Part shown: piece after piece, positions 46,101 to 56,242 of the stretch
How the letters are laid out: every line of letters begins with the position of its first letter
Position numbering within the stretch: position 1 is the first letter of the stretch
NCBI GenBank assembly: GCA_965644315.1
Contig: CBFFRQ010000066.1
Span: 124,001 to 188,000, forward strand
Length of the DNA: 64,000 bases
Direction: 5' to 3'
Origin: Caecitellus pseudoparvulus
Lineage: Eukaryota > Protista > Bigyra: Bicosoecida
Program-made: the position numbers and the translations under genes
Notes under the pieces: model-generated
The model's input: the letters and a program-made list of their open reading frames with translations, nothing else
The model's database searches: none
What the model was told of the DNA's origin: nothing

Positions 46101-49096
46101 GCTTGCGCACAGTCCTGGGTGGCTTTTTCGACGAGTGTAGCAACAAGGGCCTCTTGATCCATGACATCTCCTGTTTCTGCCAACGCTGAGCCTTCTGAAG
46201 TCCCGGCACGAGGGGTACGAGAACGCTTGCGTTGCTTTCGGAGCCACCCCACGCCCACCGCAGCAGAGACATGGCAAGCCACCTGGCGTACGTGCAGCAG
46301 TGTATCAGAGAGAATGCCACTTGCTGATGTTTGCGAGAACGGTTCGTCCAGTGCACCTGGGCCCAGCGCTGCTGACGCGCTCCAACGCTGCAGCAGAGGC
46401 TGAAGTGTCTTGCGGGACTCTTGGAGAACCCTCAAGTATGCTTCGCGCTCAGCAGGGAACTGCTGCACGAGGAGGGTTTCTTCTATTCGATCGGGCAGCT
46501 TCAGCTCACACTGGACGTCCGCTTGGGTGTTTCGCCACATCATCGCCCCCATGTCGGCAAGGAAACGGACACGTGTTGGAACTAAAGGCCAAACAGGCTG
46601 GTGATCTGGAAAGTCAAGTATTGACGAGCATTGTGCAGGCAAGCGCTGCACCTGGCTGACTGTGCCAGTGTGCTCCAATCCTGATGCCTCACTGGGTGCC
46701 CCTTCAGCGCTTGCTGCCCTGCGTTGCAAGGCATCGTCCACTGGGCTCTGCTCCAGGCACGTGGCAAGCTGTCTCGCATCGTCGTACGGCTGCAGGCCTA
46801 GAAACATGCACAACCCCCGCAAATCCTCGATACCACGAAGCAGTGGAGTACCGCTCATGGCCCATCGGTGCCTAGCATTGAACTGGCGAGCCATGCGAGC
46901 CGCAGCCGCAGCTGGAGCATCGATGAGCTGGGCTTCGTCCAGGATAACCCGGTGCCATCTCACCTTCATTAACGGTGTTTCCAGCTGCTGGGTTCGGAAC
47001 TGTCCCGGAATACGGAAAATTTCCTGTTTTAGCGTTTCATACGTCGTGATGACAATCGTCGCGGCTGCCAAATGCCTGGGCGACATGCTCTCAGCAAGGT
47101 GCACGCGGGTCGCAGCCGCAGAAGATTGGTGTGCTTGAGCCCATGTCCGCGCTGCAGCCAGCTGATTGCAAGCATTCAGAAAAGACCCCACTCCAGGGTA
47201 CACTACAACTTGAATGCTTTGCGAATGCCCATGCTGGCATGCCCTGGTGGCTGTTTCTGCAGAGGCAGCGAGGAGCCTCGCCCAAGCACGACGTGTTGTG
47301 GGTGGTCTTCCCGCAGCAAAGGGCAGCGGGGAAACACTGACATCCGCTACATGAACCCGGATCTCTTCCAGCCACTGCACAAGTAGCTGCTGTGGGCAGA
47401 TGATCAATGTCGCGCTGCTGCTGAGCAAGTCAGGCGAGTCTGTACTCGGGCTGCCACAAGGGGCGCTGCGTGAGAGGATCGCACTTTCACAGAACAAACA
47501 CAGCCCAGAGCCGTGCCCCCCTGCTTTGCTACCTAACTGGGGTTGAAATTCAACGAGCGCGTCCAAGCAGACAGTCCTGCAGCAATGGCGGCATTGTCCA
47601 AAGGCAACCTCGCCAGGCGATGCAGGCTGACCAGAGAAAGGGCATGGTCGAGGACAAGCACGAGGCAACCATCCTTGAGGAAGCAGCGCTGGGCCGACAC
47701 GTACCGCTGGCATTGTCGCCGACCCTTTCAGGCGCACCAGGAAGCGACGAGAGCTGGCCCGCTCGCGCTCCCTCTTTGCCCCTCGGCGAGGAGGCTGCGC
47801 TTGTGGCACTTGAATAGTGAGAGGGGCCGTGTCAGGCCGGCTGCCGCCCAACCCAGCAAGAATGCACGCTATGGCAACGACGGTCTTGCCCAGCCCCATT
47901 TCGTCTGCAAGGATCCCACAGCCACCATGATGATGCACTTTGGCGCTCGTTGGTGGTGGCGGTGCCAGACTCACGAGACCCTCATGGAAGTTACACCAGA
48001 TGCACACCTGTCCATGTTTGTCAGAGACCATGGACACCTTTGCCGCTTGCAGCGCCTCCAAGCAAGGAGAGGGCACCGGGAAGGCAACCCTGTGCCACAG
48101 TGGGTGCAGATGGTTCTCTGTCGAGGCAGGCCCTGGTGTGCCGTTGAAGCCTTCCCTGGCCAGCATCCACGATACAGCATCAGTTTGGTAGCGACGAAGG
48201 TGCGTAGTGGGGCACAGGAACTTCCGAAGACTGTCTGAGGCTTCGTCTGGCAACGGCATCGGATCCGGCTTGAGACTTGGACGCGCAGCTGAGTACAGCT
48301 GCCACTCAGCCAGGCAGCCCTCTCCTGCCGCGGCGCCTGAAGCACCCAGGCCACCATGTTCAGCAATCTGTGATGAGGGTGCTGAAGCATGACCAGACAT
48401 TCCCGCTGGAAGAGTGGTGTCAGGTTGAGAAGTTATGAAGTGCATGAGCAGGTCTCGCAGGGCACGGCGCAGCACCGCAGGGAAGCGCTCCCGCACCACT
48501 TTTTCGGTTATCCACACGCTAGCAGTGAGTTTTCCCTCAGATTGGGCGCCAGGAACGACTGCACATGCCCCATGCTTCAGTAATGTGCGCATTGACGACC
48601 AAAAGCGAGTGTCCTCTACAAGAAGCGGTGCGGGGACAGACCCGGCCAAGAAAGCAATTTCCGCATACACAACTCTGCTCCCGCTTTGCACAAAGTAGAC
48701 ACACGGCCGCCGGGCCAGTCGCGGCTCTGGGAGACATGATGAGCATGCATGTCCCTCAAAATGACAGACGGGGGCAATCAGTGCCGCCCCTTGCTCAAAG
48801 CAGGCACACTCTTGAAGGGTCAATCCACGCACTTGCTTGGGCGACAGCTCCGAAAGGGCGGCAACCCGGCTTGCAAGAGCAGCTTGAGAGGCGGCATCGC
48901 TTGAGGTGCCTTCGACTCCAGAGAGGATCCTCTTCAAAGCCCTTCCACGCGGTGGGGCACTACTTCCACTGTGAGCAGTGCTGGCGGCGGCTGTGGCACG
49001 AGGTGCGAGTCGAGCCGTGCCTCGCAGTCGCGCAGCATGCTCTTCCAGGCCCCCGGGCAGCCTCTGGGGCACCGATGCCTTGCGGCGGCTGGGCAT
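43079..49096 (-). CDS. SNF2-family ATPase/RING E3 ligase, SHPRH-like (Rad5/Rad16 group), 2005 aa
   Basis: [41 protein letters not shown]3HC4 RING ([22 protein letters not shown]), KCLVFSQW and [21 protein letters not shown]. The long helical insert with CRVC..CGMC is as in SHPRH. Confidence 0.9.
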   Translation of the reverse strand: MPSRRKASVPQRLPGGLEEHAARLRGTARLAPRATAAASTAHSGSSAPPRGRALKRILSGVEGTSSDAASQAALASRVAALSELSPKQVRGLTLQECACFEQGAALIAPVCHFEGHACSSCLPEPRLARRPCVYFVQSGSRVVYAEIAFLAGSVPAPLLVEDTRFWSSMRTLLKHGACAVVPGAQSEGKLTASVWITEKVVRERFPAVLRRALRDLLMHFITSQPDTTLPAGMSGHASAPSSQIAEHGGLGASGAAAGEGCLAEWQLYSAARPSLKPDPMPLPDEASDSLRKFLCPTTHLRRYQTDAVSWMLAREGFNGTPGPASTENHLHPLWHRVAFPVPSPCLEALQAAKVSMVSDKHGQVCIWCNFHEGLVSLAPPPPTSAKVHHHGGCGILADEMGLGKTVVAIACILAGLGGSRPDTAPLTIQVPQAQPPRRGAKRERERASSRRFLVRLKGSATMPAVRVGPALLPQGWLPRACPRPCPFSGQPASPGEVAFGQCRHCCRTVCLDALVEFQPQLGSKAGGHGSGLCLFCESAILSRSAPCGSPSTDSPDLLSSSATLIICPQQLLVQWLEEIRVHVADVSVSPLPFAAGRPPTTRRAWARLLAASAETATRACQHGHSQSIQVVVYPGVGSFLNACNQLAAARTWAQAHQSSAAATRVHLAESMSPRHLAAATIVITTYETLKQEIFRIPGQFRTQQLETPLMKVRWHRVILDEAQLIDAPAAAAARMARQFNARHRWAMSGTPLLRGIEDLRGLCMFLGLQPYDDARQLATCLEQSPVDDALQRRAASAEGAPSEASGLEHTGTVSQVQRLPAQCSSILDFPDHQPVWPLVPTRVRFLADMGAMMWRNTQADVQCELKLPDRIEETLLVQQFPAEREAYLRVLQESRKTLQPLLQRWSASAALGPGALDEPFSQTSASGILSDTLLHVRQVACHVSAAVGVGWLRKQRKRSRTPRAGTSEGSALAETGDVMDQEALVATLVEKATQDCAQAQREAAYAANGQAGIACLLGGYEQACSLYSSVLRDADALEEEFGVRLDTGQRVHAASNLAALAEAYPQAASAVCDVQSPEQLGCIISSCCEAHSQQAWQAVCHSFEAWLGSAWLALHSVAALASASPIPPQAERARLLQAFVEDAKSSMGAPGSSLCESVLPKQSVRHGLPLQAHQLGVLALLGVAPQTLAPGDVPLPGAAAERSIWTSASGVKRLAESLAPSLTHAADALLGAFLRLPTGQVLDLCSPQGMAAAGAAPQIQRKILPILSVVQHFEGVDEEDSEHQRQGRSRTRPDALRRLKWAVTNLQSLQKQMHTALQDLAFIRSQAILTCKRLACPGPEELERSADCRVCRVDGQGSPCGMCEFKETIMRYERCFFERVDSRLRHKKGEGATWAGSSTRGVRAEGGEAMLQFLTSARPSKQARRADQGVSLLSMATLDQDRRVETALVRCVRRLCLGVSSFPDTHQDFTGRRRDARSPTLARILDTFRAESEALGDFWRKQKDFLSVVDEFRMFQGRLSLVAPARVPNPDVAQGAATVIQPQEVPEHLILPSSMPVVEGIVRCADEQRPHACELPVVPDSDMAEAVAVDLPANQLWVWDLAPRQLHFLDTAATASNDMRRFKYRLQHTLRLQAEVCGVQREDPEGAECPICLETLEEKMNAVLPCSHRLCRECCWTSLRMGRGRSQCPLCKLPFTRRQPVVVSVSAHVLEGRRRRRVQKESPESQHPQAVHKPQAVAPSVELSQASPPGRDSCQPVKYHNGTATPLLQEEAATAHVLSYSRSAFDAHRLMDSISGASMLGSKLSAVVASMLKIAAAPLPEGGQPKCLVFSQWDKLLHILSTGLKMNGLAHAVVHSSRELPVVLQQFQQDPTIRALLLPTRIGNNGLNITEAQHVIFLEPNVDASVERQAIGRVHRSGQTRTTYVHRFLAQGTVEVAVHRRAGVSESCSQVPGLTPRDVMMVFARPAPDAEQADAYASTSITSGGSPACFSNHAETSSPAAGVGL

Positions 49097-49234
49097 AGCG
49101 TCCAGAGCCCACTGTCACATCCCCGGGCAAGTTGAGCATTCGTTGTGCAGCAGATGTGATTTAGCTACAGGTGCATTGCGCTGCCAAGCAGCTGGATGGC
49201 CAGGACTGCCCGAAGAAACCACACGCAGCAGCGA

Positions 49235-52193
49235 TCAGGCCCTGCCACTTTCGTCACCAGAGATGCTGTCAAGGTCTTCCTGGACAGTGGACAGGTCCTC
49301 TGTGGCCAGCCCTGGGCTTGCCATGGGGACTGAGACAGGGCTTCCTCCTGGCGCTCCTGGCTTAGCCTCACCAAGTGCAAGGGCACGGCGCTGCTCACGA
49401 CCATGAGAAGCGCCGTGAGAATCTGGGGATAACTTGGACTCGTACTTTGCTGCGCCCGCGCTTTTGACAGCGGGCCCACCTTGCTTGTGTGCGGGTGCAG
49501 TGGCATCGTCCACGAAAGCCGCACCCGCCAGCGGACCAGCCATGGAAGTGCTCGTCGGGGAGGGCTTGCCTGCAAGTGGACCTCCTTGGGGCAAGGCAGT
49601 GCTGCGCATGTTCCTTTCAAAGACTGCCCATGGCTTGGGTGCCTTGGGGTCGTGCGCTGGGCAGCAAGATGCCACGCATCTGCGCGCGCAAGGCACTGTG
49701 CGCATACACCACTGGAAGACAGCGTTCTCGTCCTCTGGCTCAGTCCCCAGCATGAAGTCTTCTTCAACTCCCTCTTCAGGGTGCTCCCCGCTCCCTTTGG
49801 GTGCCATCAGCTTCAGCATCCTTGCCCTTGCCAGCAGAGCGTGTTGTGCCAAGCGTCGTTTCAAGCGCACCGTTGAGAAGGTGTACCGAAGGTTGAAGTC
49901 CAGCCAAGGCCCTAGCCAGGGAAGGGCCCGCACCTTGTCGTAGAAGTACCACCCCAACTCCTGGTTCATGTCAATGGCAGCGTTGGCCTTGGTGAGCTCG
50001 TCCCGAACGAGCTCATACCCCTCTGTGACAATGGCGATGAAGACGTTCAAAATGATGAAAGCGCAAATCAGGGTGAAGCCAACCACGAAGGCCGGGCCCC
50101 ACCAAGCGTTCACTCTCTCCAGTTCATGAAGCTGCGTGTCACCCATCAGCGAGAGAAGCAAGGAGTACGATGTGTCCCGCAAGTTTTGAAAGCCAGGCAG
50201 CTCTTGGCCGAACACCAGCAAATGGGCGATCGCAAAGCCGACAAACACAACTCCAAAGACAAACATGAAGGCAGTGATGGGCCCCACGGCTCTGTATATA
50301 GTGCCGGTTACCAAGGCAAACTGGGGTAGCTGCGAGAGGTAGTGTGCCAGCTTGAAGAAGCAGAGGAAAGAGTTGATGGCGCTGAAAGACACTGCCACAG
50401 CAAGCAGGGCCCCGGGAGCCTGCAGCCCATAGTACGTGTCGGCGTCCCACACCAATCTGGCTTTGGGCGGAGACGACCACAGCGCTGCCATGCGGAATGC
50501 CCACGTGCCAGCATAAAGGAAGATGTTGACCTTGTGCATGAGGTTCTCCAGGGCGAGGAGCTCCCCTGCCCCCTTTTGCCAGACGGCGACCACTTCCATC
50601 AAGAGAAATGCCGCAAAGAACCCTGCCACAATGAGCTCCAAGATGACGTCCCCTGGCTGCCGGCCTGACGTGAGGGTGTACAACCGAACGATGTTGTTCT
50701 TTGCGCCAGCGTTCACGCCGCCGGTGGCAGGGAACTCAAAGTACAGAGTCCAGATGCCAAACTGATCCACGGGCTCAGAGTACAGGTTGAACTGGATCGT
50801 CAGGAGGCGGGTGTCAGGCCCAATGTACTGCCCTGCCGCCAACGTGCGCAGCAGTGCCAACGCACGAGTGGAGGCATTGGGTGAGGTGGGGTGGGGCAGA
50901 ACTACCCCGTACGCAGGCGCAGGGAAGAAGATATTCTCATCAGTCAGAATGCCTCCCGACCCACCGTAGAAATTTCGCTCCTCGTCGATAGAGTAGAAGG
51001 ACTCGCCCACTTGTGCGTCTGGCAGCCACCCGGTGCCTCCGCCATGGAATTGAAAGGTGATCCCAGTGCCATTGCGAGCGATGGTGGACTGGTCCTCCAG
51101 CGCATCGTCCCACTTACCGTGCCTGCCCCAACAAGGCAACGTCAGTTTACCGCCATCTCGAGCTGGGATTTGCCCGCTGAGCCCTGTGCACTGCTCCTGC
51201 ACATCCTTCGCTCTCAGCTGGCCAATGCGGATGCCGCCGATGATGGCATTCTGACCGTACAGCAAGCCCACGTCCGCCTGTCCGAATGCTGTGGCCGGTG
51301 TGTAGAGCTGTGTAAACAATACAGTCTCCATCCAGGCGTGAACTGATTCAGGGGAACTCATATCGCTGAAGGTCTCCTCCACCTGTGCAAGGAAGGATTC
51401 AGAAGCTTGCAAGAGGCGGCCAGGACACCCAGACGAAGACACCTGCTCAGCGCACATGAGACACGGTGTCTGGGAGGGGGTTCTCAAGGATAGATTGTGA
51501 TGTTGAGGCGCCCATCTGGTAGATGAGCCTGGGGTGGGGGGCGAGGCAAAGGGGGTTGCTCAGGCGGTTGCTGGTGGCCGGCGACAGTATCAGCGCCGTT
51601 GCCGCGCACCTGTCCTGGAACTGTGTGACTTGAGAAGCCGTGAAAAAGATCAAAAAGACTACATAGAGTCCAACTGTGCACACAAACCTGCGCAGTAGCG
51701 CCGTCGGGCCGAGGGAGCAGTTCTGACCACTTGCCTTGTCGCAGGCGACGGGGGACGAAAAGAGGCAAGCCCCCAACGCACTTGTCAAAGTCTTTCTGGA
51801 AGCCCCACCTGCGCTTCTTCGTCCAATACATCTTGAAGCGAATGCCTGCCATGTCGTTGAAAACAGAGTCAGCGCCAGTGCCACGGTGTACCCAGCGAAG
51901 GTGGCAGGGGTGAACCAAGCACACTCACGTTGGTGCAGGACACCGACAAGGTGAAGGTCGTAGTTCGAGACGCCGTGCAGCGTGCGAGTCAGGTTCCCTT
52001 CCGTATCTGGCATGGGGACATCCTGGTGCCCGCCTGCCTGGCGCATGCGGTGTAGCTTCCCTCTGATGCGAGTGTCTTGGGACGCCCCACGCTCTATCGA
52101 GGAGCCCATTCGCTTCAAGCCCCTTCGACGAGGGCCTGTCGGAGTGCTGGCGCCGCTGTCCTGCGATCCTACCCTTGGGCGTTGAGCTGACAT
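49235..52193 (-). CDS. Polycystin-2 (PKD2/TRPP) family cation channel; about 4 introns in the 5' 0.8 kb
   Basis: S1 (VGLYVVFLIFFTA), TOP domain (IGGIRIGQLR..C, YIGPDTRLLTIQFNLYS, EFPATGGV), S2-S6 hydrophobic helices, pore FQNL..T...LL..LMGD and S6 ILNVFIAIVTEGYE. Confidence 0.88.
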
Positions 52194-52534
52194 CCTGTGA
52201 GAGCCTTGCGTGCGTCACCAGCGAGCCAAGCGGAAAGGCACACCCGGCCGCCGCAAGGAGAGGGAGACTTTCGCTTCTGGCAGGGAGCACTGTGGAGAAT
52301 CCGAGCAACTGCGGGGGAAAGAAGGCAACACAGCATCGCACGGCTGGCAACAAGCATAGCACGACTTGCTTCCATTGCTGGGGCGGAGAGACACGGATTG
52401 TTGCTTCGCTGCCCTTTTGCATGAACTTGGGGCTTCCAGCACCCCCCCCCAGTTCAGGCCACCAACTTGCTGCGGCAATCGACGGAGCATCACACGCGGA
52501 GTGCAAATCCCATACCGATTCCAGACTGATTTAG

Positions 52535-54301
52535 ATGCACGCTCCTCTGTGGGGCACGTGGGGATCCGGAAAGTTTATTAGTTGCTTTGCTCTCATGCGT
52601 GTTGAAGCTGGCATGTTGGAGCACATGCAGGTTGCGGAAATTGCCTGGCTTGCGGCCGCGGGGGCGCTGTGTGCCGTGCTTTTGGTGGCCGCTGGCGTCC
52701 TCGGAGCCATGATTTCCTTGCTTGTGTGGTGGCTCGTTTTTCGTGAGCAGCCGGTCTTTTCGGGATGCCCTGATGGCGTGCAAACTCAGCTGTTTCGGTA
52801 TGCTCACCCTGGAGCGCATTGCTACGATTGGCAGGGCCAGGACGAACCCGCCACCCTGTACCGCAGAAAAGAACGCGAGAGCATGTTCCTGCGTCTTGTT
52901 GCAAAACACGGCAAGACGCTGCGGTTCGAAGGCATGACGGCGACGTGCGACCCTGCCTTGATGAAGGAGCTGCTCACCCGCAAGGCTCACACATTGCCCC
53001 GCTCCATTCTCTACCGTGTTTTGGCCACCATCTTGCCGTCCTTTGACGGGATCCTCTCCTCCTCAGGGTCAGAATGGAAGCGCAGGCATCGTATTTTTAC
53101 CCCTCTGTTCACTGGCTCCGCCATTGCTTCGTACGCTGGCGTGATGCACGACGCCATAACTGCCGTGGCCCAGTTTGCGGCACCTCGGAAAGAAGCAAGG
53201 AGGCAGTGGGCCGTCGCAGCAGCTGGCCTATGGCAGCCCACATCGCCAGCAGGCATGGCAATGAAGCCAGTGCAGCTGCCAGAGGGTGGGGGGTGGGACC
53301 CCGGCGCGCTTGGGGACGAAGCGTACGCGGCACATGACTTGCTGACCTTGGTTCGCTTTGCCTCCATGCGCGTGCTTATGGCTTGGGGAATGGGCCTAGA
53401 CGTGGACAGTCCCAATGCTCGCAAGCTAGGGAAAGAGTTCCATTATTATGTCACTTTGCTCCAAGACGTCCTGCCGTACTGTGGTATCGGGACGAAGGCC
53501 TGGGTTTACGCCCAGCTGTGGGTCAGTGCCAGTCGGATGTCTAGTGTCGTGCAGGAAATTGTGAATGGAAATGGCCACAAGCACCAACCAGGTCCGAACT
53601 TCATCACAGCCATGCTGGATGATGGCTTCACCCACGCTGAGCTGGTGTCGGAGCTGAACCACATCCATGGTGCTCATAAAGCCGTCGCACTCGCGATCGC
53701 CATGGCAGTGTACGAGCTATCAGCACCTGGGAATGAGGGCTGGCGACAAGCAGTGAAGGATGAGTTCAAGGCTGTTCTTGGTTCTCGCAGCCACCCTGAG
53801 CGCAGCGACCTCGGCGAAATGCCAGTGCTGCGCGCAGTGCGGGACGAGGTCCTGCGCCTTCACGTGGTTTCCTTCGGAACCATGCGCAAGACGGGAGCAG
53901 ACATTCAGCACGCCGGGAAAACGATCAAGGCAGGCTCTGAGATGCAGCTGTGGCTGCATGCTCTGCACCGGCACCCCGATCACTGGGACCAGCCAGAGGT
54001 GTTCGACCCCCATCGGTTCTTGCGCGGAGATGAACAGTTGGCCGTGGAGGTGCCATCTCGCAAGACAGCAACCCAACCTGTGGGGATGGGGACATACTAC
54101 CCCTTCTTGGACGGCCAGCGGCGGTGTGCGGGCATTCACCTTGCCAAGTTGGAGTGGGCAGTCATGATGCATGCCCTTCTCGTGCGCTGGGACGTACGCA
54201 CGACCGTGCCCCACGGTACCTTGCGCAAGTACCCTGACATGTTCGTCGGACTCGAAGGGCCCCTCACATACACCATGAACCCAAAAGGTAGCTACGAATA
54301 G
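52535..54301 (+). CDS. Cytochrome P450, ER-anchored, atypical I-helix (true start may be a downstream ATG near 52595-52625)
   Basis: N-terminal TM anchor, WKRRHR (C helix), EVLR (ExxR), HRHPDHW..P..FDPHRF (PERF) and heme motif PFLDGQRRCAG. Confidence 0.92.
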   Translation: MHAPLWGTWGSGKFISCFALMRVEAGMLEHMQVAEIAWLAAAGALCAVLLVAAGVLGAMISLLVWWLVFREQPVFSGCPDGVQTQLFRYAHPGAHCYDWQGQDEPATLYRRKERESMFLRLVAKHGKTLRFEGMTATCDPALMKELLTRKAHTLPRSILYRVLATILPSFDGILSSSGSEWKRRHRIFTPLFTGSAIASYAGVMHDAITAVAQFAAPRKEARRQWAVAAAGLWQPTSPAGMAMKPVQLPEGGGWDPGALGDEAYAAHDLLTLVRFASMRVLMAWGMGLDVDSPNARKLGKEFHYYVTLLQDVLPYCGIGTKAWVYAQLWVSASRMSSVVQEIVNGNGHKHQPGPNFITAMLDDGFTHAELVSELNHIHGAHKAVALAIAMAVYELSAPGNEGWRQAVKDEFKAVLGSRSHPERSDLGEMPVLRAVRDEVLRLHVVSFGTMRKTGADIQHAGKTIKAGSEMQLWLHALHRHPDHWDQPEVFDPHRFLRGDEQLAVEVPSRKTATQPVGMGTYYPFLDGQRRCAGIHLAKLEWAVMMHALLVRWDVRTTVPHGTLRKYPDMFVGLEGPLTYTMNPKGSYE

Positions 54302-54316
54302 CCGGAATGCATTGGT

Positions 54317-56008
54317 TCATGTACTTGCGTCCCCGAAGAGCAGGTGCCGTTGTCGGCGAAGGCCTCTCGAGCCGGGAGCAGGGCGTCGGAAGGCGGGCTT
54401 CGCCTGGCTTGAATCGGTGCACACAGCCCCCAGCAAGGCTGCGCATTTCAGCACCTGAAGAAGCACTTTGTCACAAGCACCCCTTGCCGCCCTTATCCGC
54501 AACAGGTCATCGTCTGATGCCTGCAAGGACCAGTTCACTTTGGAGGCAACCTCTTGCAGGCGACGCAGGCTGCTGCCATTCACGTCCACTTGTCCAGGCA
54601 AGCAGTCAGGCCCAAGGCAAACAGCAAGGTCTGCTGGCAGGACATTGCCTTGCAACGTGTGCCTCACCCATGTGGTTGCAACTGTCAGCACCGCGTCAGT
54701 GGCACTGTGCTGTCCCCCTGGCCAGGGAGCGCCGCATGTCGCGTACAAATGGCTGCCTGCCAATTCCACGGCCTTCACGAGCCGCGCTGCAGCACGAAAC
54801 ACTGCAACTGCTTGCCTTTGATTCCAAGGAGGTGACGGGTAGGCAGGCTGGGAATCTGCAGCTGCTGCCTTTGGCGGTGAAAAGATGGCTTGTTCAGCTG
54901 CAGCTTCCGACTGGCCGGGCAAGCGGGGGAGGCTGCTAGGTGATACAGGTGGAGGCGCGGTGCGACAAGCTGTGCGCCTCCGAGAGACACGAATCCGCTG
55001 CACGGTCGACTTGGCAGCAGGCTCAGCGGACCCTGGGTCCGAGTCGTGGCTCGCAGTGGACGCAGGGGAGGCTGCTCGTTCTGGGGCGTGGACGGTTCCA
55101 GGCAAGGAATGTACACCATCCTCTTCAAGCAGTGTGAGGGCTTCACGGGGAGTCAAGCGGCGCTTGGGGCACTTCAAGAGTAGCCCCTGCAAAAGCCGTG
55201 AGACAAGTTCTGGTTGGGGCTCCGCGAGCGCGCGTGCTGGTTCAACGGATATGGCATGCAAGGTACCCTTCAGAGAGGGTCGCGCGAAGGGTGTGCAGCC
55301 AGCCACCAACTCATACAGCAGAATGCCGATCGCCCATGCATCACTGGGCTTGCTGTACGGCTCCCCATCCGCCATTTCCGGGCTAACGTAGAGCGGAGTA
55401 CCGTGGAATGTGTGCAAGCTCGCAGTGGCCTTCCCAAGCGCCCTTCCCCCGACATCACGGCCAATGCCGAAGTCGGCAAGCTTCAGGTGCACTTGGGCAA
55501 GATCAGTGGGACAGGCATCCACGCACCCAGGCTTGGCTGCAGACGCCACTAGAATGTTGGCCGGCTTGATGTCCCTGTGCACAATGCCGCGCTCGTGTAG
55601 GTACACAGTGGCAGCGCATATCTGGCGAAGCCAGGAAAGCGCCACGGCCCCAGACACTTTCTTCTGTGGCTGTTGCGCAAGCAAGCTCGAGAGAGAGCCC
55701 CCAGGTGCCCATTCCAGCACAGTGTACTCCCCATGCGGCCCCAAAGCCGTGCCCCAACACGCGATAATGTGGGGGTGCCGAAGGGAAGCCATCAAGGAAG
55801 CTTCGTGCCCACGTGGTGCGTCTCTGAGCTCTGGCACTGCACGGTGCTTCAATGCTACCAGCTCCCTGCTGGCTGTGTGCCGAGCTTTGTACACCGACAC
55901 TGCGGCTGATGCAAAAACTGTGCCAAGAACCTCAAACTCTGACAGGGAAAACCGCTTGGCCGGCTCCCGCGACGCCGCAGAAGACTTCGGATGGATGCTG
56001 GCTGCCAT
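54317..56008 (-). CDS. Ser/Thr protein kinase, NEK-like
   Basis: VALK, HEASLM..LRHPHII, LEWAPGGSL, HRDIKPANIL, DFG, GTPLYVSPEM...PYSKPSDAWAIG.LLYEL. First in-frame ATG at 56008. Confidence 0.85.
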   Translation of the reverse strand: MAASIHPKSSAASREPAKRFSLSEFEVLGTVFASAAVSVYKARHTASRELVALKHRAVPELRDAPRGHEASLMASLRHPHIIACWGTALGPHGEYTVLEWAPGGSLSSLLAQQPQKKVSGAVALSWLRQICAATVYLHERGIVHRDIKPANILVASAAKPGCVDACPTDLAQVHLKLADFGIGRDVGGRALGKATASLHTFHGTPLYVSPEMADGEPYSKPSDAWAIGILLYELVAGCTPFARPSLKGTLHAISVEPARALAEPQPELVSRLLQGLLLKCPKRRLTPREALTLLEEDGVHSLPGTVHAPERAASPASTASHDSDPGSAEPAAKSTVQRIRVSRRRTACRTAPPPVSPSSLPRLPGQSEAAAEQAIFSPPKAAAADSQPAYPSPPWNQRQAVAVFRAAARLVKAVELAGSHLYATCGAPWPGGQHSATDAVLTVATTWVRHTLQGNVLPADLAVCLGPDCLPGQVDVNGSSLRRLQEVASKVNWSLQASDDDLLRIRAARGACDKVLLQVLKCAALLGAVCTDSSQAKPAFRRPAPGSRGLRRQRHLLFGDAST

Positions 56009-56242
56009 GATTTCTACCACCTGTCTCACAGCAGTCACGTTGCGTGGAGTCCGTCAAACGCTGCGGGGCCACATTGTAAGCGGCGACGTTTCAGCATGAA
56101 ACTCGCTCCTCCCTGCACCGGTCCCACACTCTGCAAGGAATGAAGTTCGCCGGCACGCATACACCTGCAGTCCAAACACATTGAGGAGCCTGGAAAATCC
56201 GAGCGGTAAACGGACGCGGGTTGAATTGAAGAGGGCTTTGAG

